From Phoronis australis (Eukaryota; Animalia; Phoronida), in NCBI GenBank assembly GCA_002633005.1, contig NMRA01000019.1, forward strand, positions 522,343-586,342: a stretch of DNA of 64,000 nucleotides. Reading direction: 5' to 3'. The notes beneath the pieces are model-generated. The model made no database searches. It was not told the DNA's origin and was given only the letters and a program-made list of their open reading frames with translations. Position 1 is the first letter of the stretch. Every line of letters begins with the position of its first letter. Shown here one piece after another: positions 25,381-36,959 of the stretch. A program made the translations under genes and the position numbers.

Positions 25381-27038
25381 CAAAACCATTTGGATGGGCT
25401 TCTAAGTAGACGAAACTTAAACTAATACTTCTGAAAGCTTTGGTGATGTTCCGTTCTAAGTTATCGACATGATAATAATTAATAAGTTTAAACAACAGTT
25501 TATTGAAAGCAGCAACAAGCTCGAACTTTCAGTCAAAATTCAACTCTTGATTGAGACAATTTTCTGTCTTTATTGATTAGTTGCATCTTGTTACTAAAGA
25601 TTTCTATGATGGGCTTGTAATGAGAAGAGCTGACGGATGGCTGTTGTTTCAAACCAGGGCTGCGTTCCGTCAAAGCAAATTCAGGCAAGTTTTCGCGAGA
25701 TATCGCCTTGCTTTACAGGCGAAACGGCATATGTCAGCGATCTCAAGCCTTCACTCGCGAGTGACTTGAGTCTATGGAACGCGCTCCGGAGTTAGTTAAG
25801 TTGCTTGTCACGGAGGGTTTCAGTCACTAATGCATTATGGCGGTCAGGAGATTTAGTTTACAATCCAAGGATTAGAATACGATGGTGTTACCATGGAGGT
25901 GCAAATACGCCTGTAAATGAAGTTCAGAGTATGGTTGTAGCTTGAAGAATGGAATAGCTAAAATTGTTTCCTTGCTTTTCCAAACATTATGTGACAGTTG
26001 TTAAGAGTTGACGACATTCTCAATTAAACTTGTGAAAGACCATTCATGTCGCATAGTTTTTGATTGCGACATAGCGCACCGCCTGGTCGCCTATGTAGCC
26101 GGTATGTCACAGTGCATCGTAAACGCGCCAAGCGCACGAATACAAAGCGCGCACCAAAGGGTTCTTAAACGACCATCTTTCTGCTCGTTGAAATGTGACC
26201 ATTCAATTTACACAGTTGCTTAATTAACGGGGGTATTTATTCGACGGGTTCCATCGAACCCCCCCCCCCTCAAAAGGGTCCAGCCTTAGGCTATCCGTTA
26301 AAGATGGGATACAGATGGATAAGAACAAAATTGTCGCATCTCCTGGTACTACTAACTACAATGATAACCAAGTTACCAATAATTTTGAATTTCCTTCAAG
26401 TTCTTCACATAATCATCGGGCCGCACCCGGCCAACTTCGCCCGAACGGTGTTAGCGCAGACGGCATGACCGTGCAGACGATTAGAGGAGGCGTTATGTTA
26501 TTCATCGCCATTGAGCGCGCGCGACGGCACGGTTAACAAGGGAGTCGAGAAGTAAATGTCTACACCTAGATAGACTATATAGCAGCGAATAGCTCCCAAA
26601 AGGTAGTGCACAGTGCTGCAGTGGGGCGTAGGCGCTCGTAGGCGCAGCCAACCACCTTTAAGCATTTGTACGCAGCACCTACGCACCGTAAGTTACGTTG
26701 AGTGCTCAAGATGATACGGTGGGCTTTTGGCGCCTACTTACCTTTAAGTTTACCACTACAGCACTGGTAGTGCGATGTGAATGCCTAAAATCGACTAAGA
26801 AACAAAGCAACAGAAAATAGGTTTGTTATCTGGTATTTTGGTTTACTTGCTGGCAGAGTACGAAAAGGTGCAGGCATTTTCAAATTTCGCCAAAGTTTTC
26901 GTCAAATATGTTGTTCACCCAGTGTCCACTTTGAATGTGGATTGGTGGATTGACATGCATGCGTATTCACGTGTATGCGTTTCCATTCTTTTAAATTCGG
27001 TACACGCCCACGGTAAGTTCAATATAGGCAGTCCTCCG
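25381..27038 (+). repeat. Duplicated segment 2, copy A (copy B at 27961-29637)
   Basis: Collinear near-identity from caaaacc.tttggatggg to aggcagtcctccg. Confidence 0.95.
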
Positions 27039-27423
27039 TCGTTCAAAAACCAAACTGCATTTTCTTGCACAGAAAACCTCGACGAGCATGTTCACATTAT
27101 TAGGGAAAAGTAGGTCTAGACCTAATAAAAACTTTGGTCAATGAAAAAAGTCTTCTCTTGTCAATCAGTGGCTATGGTGCACAGCCTCTCAGACTTCACT
27201 GATACGACCAACGAACTTGGTAGAAAAGATTCCAAGGTTTCATGTCATTACTCCGAAGATCACTACTCCGAAGGAACCTTCGAAAGTTCATTACTTCGAA
27301 TCGATCCACAATGCCGAAACCAGAACTCCGACACTTCATTACTGACTCTTGATTTTCTGCTACTCAGTTATAACTGACATGAATAAAGTTTTGTATTTGT
27401 GTTCATTTGGTAACCACTTAAAG

Positions 27424-27959
27424 CATAGGCGGATTTAGGGGGGCCCAGGGGGCCCGCCCCCCCTTGGCTGCCGCAAAAAAATAAAACAGTAAGAGCGTAG
27501 GGAAATGTTGAGTTTATTAATTAACCCCGGTAATTAAAATTATACGGATGAAAAAAGATTTAAATGTGTGCAGTTTTAGTGTTGGGGGGGGGCTCAAATC
27601 CAATTTCAAGTGTCAAATTCGGAACGGCGCATTCGTAACGGAACTATGGCTAAGTATAGGCTCTCCCGTGATATCCAAGGCGACCGGCAGTGGCGCTGCG
27701 CACTACGACTCAGTTTCCGTCGTCTGCTCCACTGTGCAATGAAGAAAATTTGCTTCATTTTTTAAAGAAAATGGAACCTGAGTGACGATGAAAAAACAGA
27801 GCGCTGCTGGTAAGATGGGAATTTTAATCGAAGCCTTAGTGAATCACTCAGAAATTCGCAATACTCTCTTTGTCAAACCTTATGTTAAGACGATTTTCAA
27901 AGCAATCCCGTCATTATTGCCAACACGAAAAACGGATTTGGTCTTTTGGGCATTTGAAG
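27424..27959 (+). mobile_element. hAT-type non-autonomous element, left part
   Basis: Terminus cataggcggatttagggggg; 27600-27959 matches 56381-56740; truncated by the n at 27960. Confidence 0.7.
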
Positions 27960-27960
27960 N

Positions 27961-29637
27961 CAAAACCGTTTGGATGGGCTTCTAAGTAGACGAAACTTAA
28001 ACTAATTCTTCTGAAAGCTTTGGTGATGTTCCGTTCTAAGTTATCGACATGATAGTAATTAATAAGTTTAAACAACAGTTTATTGAGAGCAGCAATAAGC
28101 TCGAACTTTCAGTCAAAATTCAACTCTTGATTGAGACAATTTTCTGTCTTTATTGATTAGTTGCATCTTGTTGGTAATGATTTCTATGATGGGCTTGTAA
28201 TGAGAAGAGATGACGGATGGCTGTTGTTTCAAACCAGGGCTGCGTTCCGTCAAAGCAAATTCCTACAGAGATGACGCAAGTTTTCGCGAGATATCGCCTT
28301 GCTCTACAGGCGAAACGGCATATGTCAGCGATCTCAAGGCCTTCACTCGCGAGTGTCTTGCGTCTATGGAACGCGCTCTGGAGTTAGTTAAGTTGCTTGT
28401 CTCGGAGGGTTTCAGTCACTAATGCATTATGGCGGTCAGGAGATTTAGTTTACAACCGAAGGATTAGAATACGATGGTGTTACCATGAAGGTGCAAATAC
28501 GCCTGTAAAGGGAGTTAAGAGTATGGTTGTAGCTTGAAGAATGGAATAGCAAAAAATTGCAAATTATACTGTTTCCTTGCTTTTCCAAACATTATGTGAC
28601 AGTTCTTAAGAGTTGACGACATTCTTAATTAAACTTGTGAAAGACCATTCATGTCGCATAGTTTTTGATTGCGACATAGCGCACCGCCTGGTCGCCAATG
28701 CAGCCGGTATGTCACAGTGCAACGTAAACTCGCCAAGCGCACGAATACAAAGCGCGCACCAAAGGGTTCTTAAACGACCATCTTTCCGCTCGTTGAAATG
28801 TGTTCATTCAATTTACACAGTTGCTTAATTAACGGCGGTATTTATTCGACGGGTTCCATCGAACCCCCCCCCCCTCAAAAGGGTCCAGCCTTTGGCTATC
28901 CTTTAAAGATGGGATATAGATGGATAAGAACAAAATTGTTGCATCTCCTGGTGACTACTAACTATAACCAAGTTACCAATAATTTTGAATTTCCTTCAAG
29001 TTCTTCACATAATCATCGGGCCGCACCCGGCCAACTTCGCCCCGGCGAACGGTGTTAACGCAGACGGCATGACCGTGCAGACGATTCGAGGAGGCGTTAT
29101 GTTATTCATCGCCATTGGACGCGCGCGACGGCGCGGGTAACAAGGGAGTCGAGAAGTAAATGTCTATACTTAGATAGGCTATATAGCAGCGAAATAGCTC
29201 CCAAAAGGTAGTGCACAGTGCTGTAGTGGGGCGTAGGCGCAGCCAACCACCTTTAAGCATTTGTACGTAGCGCCTACGCACCGTAAGTTACGTTGAGTGC
29301 TCAAGATGATACGGTGGGCTTTTTGCGCCTACTTACCTTTAAGTTTACCACTACAGCACTGATAGTGCGCTGTGAATGCCTAAAACCGACTAAGAAACAA
29401 AGCAACAGAAAATAGGTTGGTTATCTGGTAATGATTTTGGTTTACTTGCTGGCAGAGTACGAAAAGGTGCAGGCATTTTCAAATTTCGCCAAAGTTTTCG
29501 TCAAATATGTTGTTCATCCAGTGTCCACTTTGAATGTGGATTGGTGGATTGACATGCATGCGTATTCACGTGTGTGCGTTTCCATTCTTTTAAATTCGGT
29601 ACACGCCCACGGTAAGTTCAATATAGGCAGTCCTCCG
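27961..29637 (+). repeat. Duplicated segment 2, copy B
   Basis: Begins directly after the n at 27960; small indels relative to copy A. Confidence 0.95.
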
Positions 29638-30181
29638 GGAAATGGTGTTGCCACGTCATATATTCCCGTCCGTCTCTGCAGTTCTACCAGTCAGTCATTC
29701 AGTCAGCCTGTCAGTCGGACAGTCTATGCCGGTATCTGTCTGCTTGCCTGCGTGTCTGTATATCTGTCCATCTGTTTGTCTACCTTTATATTTCTCCAAC
29801 TGCAACACATAGTCACTGTTGAAACGTGCTGGTGACGTCACGCAACCATTGTCCTGATGACCAAGGTGCGCGAAAGGTGATAGGCGCTAAACTTGGAAAT
29901 TCAATACTCCATCCATTACTTGTAAACGTGCGCGTACATCACTGTTGACGTTCTTTTTAATATACGAGGGCACGTTCTGCAGACACAATGCACTCGCGAG
30001 TAAAGCTTGTGTAACCACGAGCTTCCCATGGCGTTATGTCGCGAAGATTTGTGTGATTTCACTTTTCTCGCGCCGTGCTGTACGGAACGCAACCGGGGTC
30101 TTGTGGTGATATAACCATAGTTTACCGTTGAATTGACGTGCGAAAATAACTTTATTATCGTATTGAGCAAGTTCAAACTTA

Positions 30182-30339
30182 CGGTGGCCCAAAAATAACA
30201 TCGCTCGTTTCTTTTTTAATTATCTCCGGATCTCGATATCCCGACTTATTTATTTCGAGATCCCAACATAATTAAGTCGGGATCTCGAGATTCTGAGATA
30301 AATAAAAAAGAAACGTGCGATGTCATCTTTAGGCCACCG
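30182..30339. mobile_element. Palindromic MITE with TA target duplication
   Basis: TA|cggtggcc...ggccaccg|TA; the whole 158 bp folds as an imperfect palindrome. Confidence 0.85.
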
Positions 30340-30772
30340 TACTAACTACTATTTCACAACTCACATATTTGAAATTAGAAAACTGTACAATTTTCGTCAA
30401 TGAAAAAATAATGTATGGGCAATTTTCAATGTTGGTGAAATGGGGATTAAACCTACTTCACCAAAATGGTTCTATTGCCCAATAGAGTCCTTTCACATTG
30501 CTTCGCGCGCCAGGACAAATCACGCAATAAGCGCGTGAGTTTGCGAGAGTTGTAAGCCAAGCGGCATCGCAACGCAAAAGCGACCCAGTTTCTCAATATT
30601 TTTTACACTCTCGACGTGGTGTGAGTCTGTCCGACGGGATTAAACGACCCGACATAAAACTGAACTGAGTTCAGCTGTCTCAAACATGCAATATGAACTT
30701 GAGGTTTAAAATTATTATTTTCATATTACATGAATCTCTTCTAATTCCTTACTAACATTGGCCAATTTTCAG

Positions 30773-30997
30773 CGCATCATTTGTCGTGTCAAATATTGTT
30801 TGGCACTTGACACTGACGGGTTTTCTTTTCAAGGAGTAAAAGTGGCGGACGACCCCGGGAAGAACGAGATTGTGATAACATTTACAGGCGTAGATCAAAA
30901 TACACCACATGTCATACCTCGTCAGCTCGCCAAATGTCGGGAGTGTAAGAAGTTATTGAGAAACTGGGACGCGTTTGCCATCGCAACAGTGGAAGGC
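30773..30997 (+). CDS. Candidate orphan exon, unknown protein
   Basis: TACTAAC branch point (30750), ttttcag| acceptor, 225-nt open phase 0-0 frame, |gtgagt donor. No recognisable homology. Confidence 0.3.
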
Positions 30998-31079
30998 GTG
31001 AGTTTGTATATCGGGTACCATAGAATCATGCGCACGAGCATCCGAATCACTACGCAATAACCACCAAATGCTAAAGTGT

Positions 31080-31258
31080 TCGTGCGCGTGATTCGATGCA
31101 CGTGTGTATGATTTTGTGTTCGTATGTGTGATTTTTGTGGTTTGTACGTATGAATTTTGTTTGTATATGTGATTTTTGGGTTCGTATGCATGATTCATGG
31201 GTTCCTATGCATGATTCATAGGTTCATAGGTGGTTCGTAAGATGCGTATGATTCTGTA
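31080..31258. repeat. Degenerate ~20-bp tandem repeat (ttcgtatgtgtgatttt-like), probably transposon subterminal
   Basis: Repeated gtatg/tgatt/ggttc units. Confidence 0.6.
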
Positions 31259-31891
31259 TAACAGCCGCTCTTGTCCACTCGAGTCAAGCGCGCGTGCCAA
31301 ATTCGAGCATGTCTCTAAGCTATAGCAATATTTGCAAGAGATCATCAATATGTATGTTTGTAAGGGTACCCCTGTCTTGTTACTTTTTAATGTGAGAAAT
31401 TGTACTTTGGGCCCTTAGCTTTGAATATTTGAAATAAATGGCTGTTCTACTAGGTTTTTGTGTATAAGTTCGTGTGGTCGTTCACTGACTAATCTGTAGC
31501 CACCGAGTCTTTAGAACACGGTGACTGCAGGTTTTGGCGAGTGTGATTCTTCCACAAATTATCGAACATCTCCCCACTCAAAAACTATTTGTAGCCATAT
31601 TTTGAGACAGAAGCGTACGCATTGGAACTGGCTTACTTTTTAAATATCGTCAACAGTTAGGAGCAGATTAATTGCGGTTATTTATAACTTGTTGATCTTC
31701 CGCATTTTTGAAAGTGCGGTTATTGTTTGAAGTTATAATCTTTATTACCACCCTTGCCAATTCTTTAAACCCCGCATTTTTGTTTGCCAAATGTGCGAGT
31801 TATTCAAGACTACTTCAACAACAGTACGTGGCAAATCTTGATCGTCCATATTTTGTCTAACATAAGTGTCATGCAAAAATTCATTGACTAA

Positions 31892-31988
31892 TAACAACAA
31901 CAACCACAACCACCACCACCACCACAACCACAACCACAACAACAACAACAACAACAACAATCACAATAATAATTGATAATAATGATAA
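31892..31988. repeat. (AAC/CAC/AAT)n microsatellite
   Basis: Trinucleotide run. Confidence 0.95.
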
Positions 31989-33646
31989 TTTCAATACCAG
32001 TAAGTACGTGTACTTCAACTTCACGATAGTGTTATTGTTTTGTTGATGCATTCAACGAAACTGTCACAGAAATAGGGAGGCGTTTAGGGGCCACAACACC
32101 AATGAGTCACAACACGTATGAGAAAGCTCACCACACCTGTGGGAAATCACCACACAATTATAAATATTTAAAACACATTCGTAAACTAGCAACACAACAT
32201 AATTCTAAAATTCACAACACAACTGAAAGTTACAACACAATTCAACTTCACAATAGGTAGCGCGTTGAACAGAGGCCAAAATTCGAACTGGACTTGGTTT
32301 GCTCCAACCATTCGTGGCAATCACTTTACATTTAATCCACAAACCTGCCGTCAAACCATACAGACTTCATTTTCCTCATTTTTGGGGGTTGGCTCTACAA
32401 AAGCCCAAGAACCGTGGTCTTAGACCTTAGCCTTAGGCGGCCCATTACACAGGGTTTTGGCTGCCGACTCACACCGAAGGCGAAGACAGGGATGAGTTCT
32501 TCCCTCACGTCCTTATCAAGAGTTAGAAAAAAGGAGTTTGTAGCATTACCAACTCACAAGCACTACTCATGATAACTGAAACTTAATTATGCTACAGATA
32601 TTTAATCAGTTGATTCACATCGGAAAAAATACTGGCACACAAAAATATTACACCAAATTTGACAGCTTTCTCCCCAAATTTACCACTTCCCTGCAACTGT
32701 TAGAAAAAATCTGACTACATATGAATAGTGCTAGTACTCCTTAGATTTTAAAAATGTGGTAATAGTATGCCCCTTACAAGTTGTTTTTTTGGCAATTTTG
32801 ATCCGTTTGCCAGCCACCTCAGTGAAATCGCACCCGATTTCTCAGACAGCAGACGATAGGGGTTGAAAGCAAACGACAGCCGCCATTTCGCATCAAAAGC
32901 AGATCGCGGCCAAAAAACTTGTCTTTTCTCGTTCAACAGCACAAGCAAGTCACTTTCCTTAAAATTATTTTCAACGCCAAACCTGACTGGGTGACACATG
33001 CCCCTCTCATAAATTCTAGAAATTCACTAGACAATGCCCCGTGGCCGCAGCCTAACTGTTGAGTGCTACCAAAGACGCTCTACGGTCTCTGGTGCTACCT
33101 TATCTACCGGGATGCGGAAATCCTGACATTTTCTAGTCAGAGCACACCTTTACTTACCCTCTGACACAGCACCACCTATACTTCGTTTAGCACTGTGATA
33201 GAGTGCCGGTAATCCTTACTGTGAGGAAACTTTTTGGCTTATATCCTTCAGACAAGTGGAATTTGGCAAAAATCTGGTCGGTGGTGATTTTATATCAATT
33301 TTAACCTAAATTTTTGGAATCCAGAGTGAAACAGCATTTCGATTCTTGTCTCCTGTCGTGCACAGGGGCAGCCGTGAATTTGTGATTTTAGGTAGCCTAC
33401 CTAAAGTCCACAGTCGATATTTCTTGGTCATTTTTGGCATCTCAGCTTTTTCCGGTGGACGCAGCAAGGTTAAAAGGCATGTTTTTTTTGAATTTCTTCA
33501 TCTTTGAGAAACCCGAGGTTATTTCTGTCGGGGCCCTGCGGTGTGTTGTGAGTTTGTCTCGTTCCTCATACTCAACTACATGTAAGATGCAGTTCTGCAA
33601 AGTAGGGTGAAGCTTCGCACGAACCCAGGGTAGAGTTCAAAAGTTG

Positions 33647-33815
33647 CAGTGGTGGATTTAAGGGGGGCCAAGGGGGCCATGCCTCCCTCCTGAAATTCTC
33701 CCAGATACCATTTGGCAGTTCGAGGTGCGAATTGCTGACTAGCACATGCGCGCACCCAGGGGAGTTCGGGGGCCCAATACACAGTGCATAGGCCTTGAAC
33801 AAACCCCGTGTACCG
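33647..33815 (+). mobile_element. hAT-type MITE terminus
   Basis: cagtggtggatttaaggggggccaagggggcc, same style as 27424 and 55598; cut by the n at 33816. Confidence 0.55.
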
Positions 33816-34396
33816 NCCTGAGCTGTCTCGCGTGCTCTTATTACAAATACACAGCAATGTCTCGCGCAGTCTGGCCACGTTTTGCTTTTCTACCGAAGTC
33901 CTAGTGTTAGGTGACATTCAAAAGTTTTTCTTGTTTGGCCTCCTCAGGCAGGGTGGACTTAGGGAAAGCGGTTTATTTCTTTTTTACAACAAAACCACAA
34001 AATATTAAACACATGCAGTTACTGACCATGCATAAAGCGTTGTCTACAGGCTAAAAAATTGCATTCAAAGTGAGCCTTTTTCCTTTTTTGCCTACAGCAA
34101 ACCTAGCCGGCGACGCCAAAAAACGAGCGAGTATACACAAAACTGGCAATTTTCAAACCAAAACCACAACTCGCATGCAACTACTAGGCACCAGCAGACA
34201 ACACACTCAGAATGTCAAAACACTTCAGATTACAAAAATTGGAAAGCAAGTGTCATTGAGCGTTGACCAGCCCGTATTTTTTCTAACCTGAAAAGTCTAG
34301 GGGGTACCTGAATTTCCAGCCAAAACTTATCTAAAAGAAGTGATAGAATGTTTACGAACAGCAACATTTGCAAGAAAAATAGGTCAAGGGAGCAAC

Positions 34397-34617
34397 AACC
34401 TGGGTTTTTTTCAAAACAGGTTAAAAAAATGAGCAAATGCCATTCATAGCCACCACACTTACACTAAATTTCAAAGTAACCAGCCAGTCCAGCAGGAGAC
34501 AATTTCTCAACCTGAATTTTTTTCAAAACAGGTTAAAAAATTAAATGCCAATCATAGCCACCACACTTACATGAAATCGCAAAATGCCCAGCAAATTCAG
34601 CAGGCGCCAATTTCTTA
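34397..34617 (+). repeat. Tandem duplication of a ~110-bp unit
   Basis: aacctg..ttttcaaaacaggttaaaaaa...catagccaccacacttaca...cagcagg..caatttct occurs twice. Confidence 0.85.
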
Positions 34618-35928
34618 TGAAATTGGGAAGGGGTTTAATGAATTCGACTGTGACTTGAAAAAACTATTGAGTTCCACCTTATTGAACTCTATCCAGTCAA
34701 AGATTTTATAGATACCTAAGTTGGGATATAGTATCTTTGATCCAGTTGTGGGCTAGTCTCGAAGCCAGACCCTAACTGGGTTGTGAGACTGCTGTTTTGT
34801 GAGTTGCAATTGACTCTGAAGTGATGTGTTTTGAACTTTTCAATTGTATTGTGAGTTTTAGAATTTGCGTTGTGTTTAATATTGTGTTTTAGAATTGTGT
34901 TGTGAGTAATTTTAGAATTATGTTGTGGGTTTTAGAATTGTGTTTCGAGTTGTGTAGAACTTTCACAGTGTTCTCAGTTTCAGAATCTGTTGTGTCAAAA
35001 TTCTTGGTTTTGTTGCGAGTTTACGATTGTGCTGTGAGATTTTACAATTGTGTTGCAAGCTTTCCGAATAGCTCTCGGGCGAGTTGGGATTTCCTGGTGC
35101 GTTGTGACTCCTAAACTCCACCGTGATCGTAAACAGCTGCTCTCCAACTCAAGTTTACATATCAAGAGCGTCTAAAAAAGGCACAAAACAATTCACCAAT
35201 AAAACGTGTTCCCCAGTAACTTCGCGCATATTTCGTTTCATAAGCAGACAAGTTCATTGCCCCTGAAAATACTTTCGGTCAACAAATTCCCCTTGTTTAC
35301 ATCAACATAGTCACAATTTTTCTAAGCCAGCAAAGCAGCTGTGGTGCCTTGTGACGAAGCTTAAATGATGATCCGGCAATCGTAAAAAAATCCACGTACG
35401 TTTCTAGTCTCGTGCTAGCCACTCGCCAGCTCACCATTGGCGAATTGAACGGCACTGGCGATGGCAGAGCTAAGTCCATTCGCCAACTTGGCGAATGCTC
35501 GACAATTAAAATTAATTTCGGGAAACCTACTCGCGTGTCGACTCACAGTCAACTCGAATCAAGTCGCACCGCAAACGACATTCTTATTTCGATTCCGAGT
35601 CCTAAAAATAGCAAGCGAACGTTCCATTTCATGTCCGACACTCCCCCCCCCCGGAAATCACTCTTTTACCGCAACGAAATGTTCAACTGTGTAGGGGGTT
35701 AGCTCGTGTAGGCGCTACCGCTTGTCGTCTGCAAGTGACAATGTCAAAACGTCAAATAGAAGACTATTTTGGCGGCGGCCAAAAGAAAGCAAGTACACTG
35801 AGTAAATGTCAATTTGGTACTTAATAGGTTACGTATTCATTACTCTGCACGATTTCGCTTTATTTTGCAAACCACAAGTTTGTTAACGTTTTTGGACCTA
35901 AGTGTCTCGCTCATCAAAAATGCCTACT

Positions 35929-36135
35929 TGGCCGGCGTATTCCGCCTTAACCCGGCGGATAGTGGGAACCTCTTCCCATTTTTAGGTCAACATCATGCCT
36001 ATGTGGCCGGCGTACCTCCGCAGTAACCCGGAGATGGGGGACCCCTGTCCAATTTTTAGGTCAACGTCCTAAAATGCTCGTGACTGGCATACCCACGCAT
36101 TACTCAAGGATAGGGGGAACCCCTTCCAAACTTTT
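35929..36135 (+). repeat. ~76-bp degenerate tandem repeat, about 3 copies
   Basis: tggccggcgta...aacccgg..gat.ggg.acc...tttttaggtcaac at 35929, 36005 and about 36084. Confidence 0.7.
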
Positions 36136-36844
36136 GGGTTTTTTTTTCTTAAGGCAAACGTCTTTTCTTATAAAACATTATGAAAAGAACCTGTGCATAA
36201 TATGAAAAATAAAGAATTCGTTCCGTGTAACTGTATTTTTGTCAAATGCAGGGGTTGGGAAAAGAGAAAGCATTTGGCTAATGTTTTTTGAAAATGGCTA
36301 AAAATTTTTAGATGCTTTAACCATTACGGATAATGCCTTTAAAAGTCTGGCGCGAGCCTAGCATTTTCAGGTTGACGTCTGCACCCAAACACGCAAAAAA
36401 CCGCGTCCACCCGGAAGTCAGGGGAATTTTACAAACATTTCACCATGCAAGCAGACTCCAGCTCGGCCTGACTAGTCAGAACCAAAGTAAACAATGCACC
36501 ACGCCGATTTTTCATCATTGTACCAGCGGCCTCCTACACGCTTTCTTCATGACAGTCTAGATTTAATCTATGCTTTCGGTAGCCGGTTGAAAATGCTATC
36601 AATTCCTGACTGTATCGACTTCCTATTTGGAAAGTCACGTGAGTTGACTACTGGGACGGTGATGTAAATACCTAGGCTGGGGGTCTAACCTTTGTACTCA
36701 GTCGAAATCAAACTTAAAATTGTTTTTGACATTTTCTGTTCTACTCAGTTTTTGGGAAATTTTAATGAATGCCTGCTTTTATATGCTTGAGTATGTTATA
36801 CGGTTTTCGCTGATACTAAGTGTCTAGTCCACGTTCACGCTTCA

Positions 36845-36959
36845 TAGTGATGACCCTAGATTCGAGCTACAAACTCGAGTAAAATCTCGAGATTTCGAGT
36901 AAAAATTCGAAATTTCGAGTTCAGAGACGAACTAAGCATTAACGCTGGGGTCATTACTA
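36845..36959. mobile_element. Small MITE with tcga-rich interior
   Basis: tagtgatgaccc / gggtcattacta inverted ends (11/12), TA-bounded. Confidence 0.55.

Larger units (their letters stand above)
32073..35124. mobile_element. Probable ~3-kb non-autonomous DNA transposon with inverted subterminal repeat arrays
   Basis: Left agggaggcgtttaggggccacaac followed by (cacaacac..aattctaaaa) repeats. Right (ttttagaattg..gtgttgtg) repeats ending gttgtgactcctaaactccaccgt. Contains an n at 33816. Confidence 0.5.

Noticed and set aside
31745-31960. Leu/Trp-rich signal-peptide-like ORF
   Set aside because: Antisense translation of the (AAC/CAC)n microsatellite.
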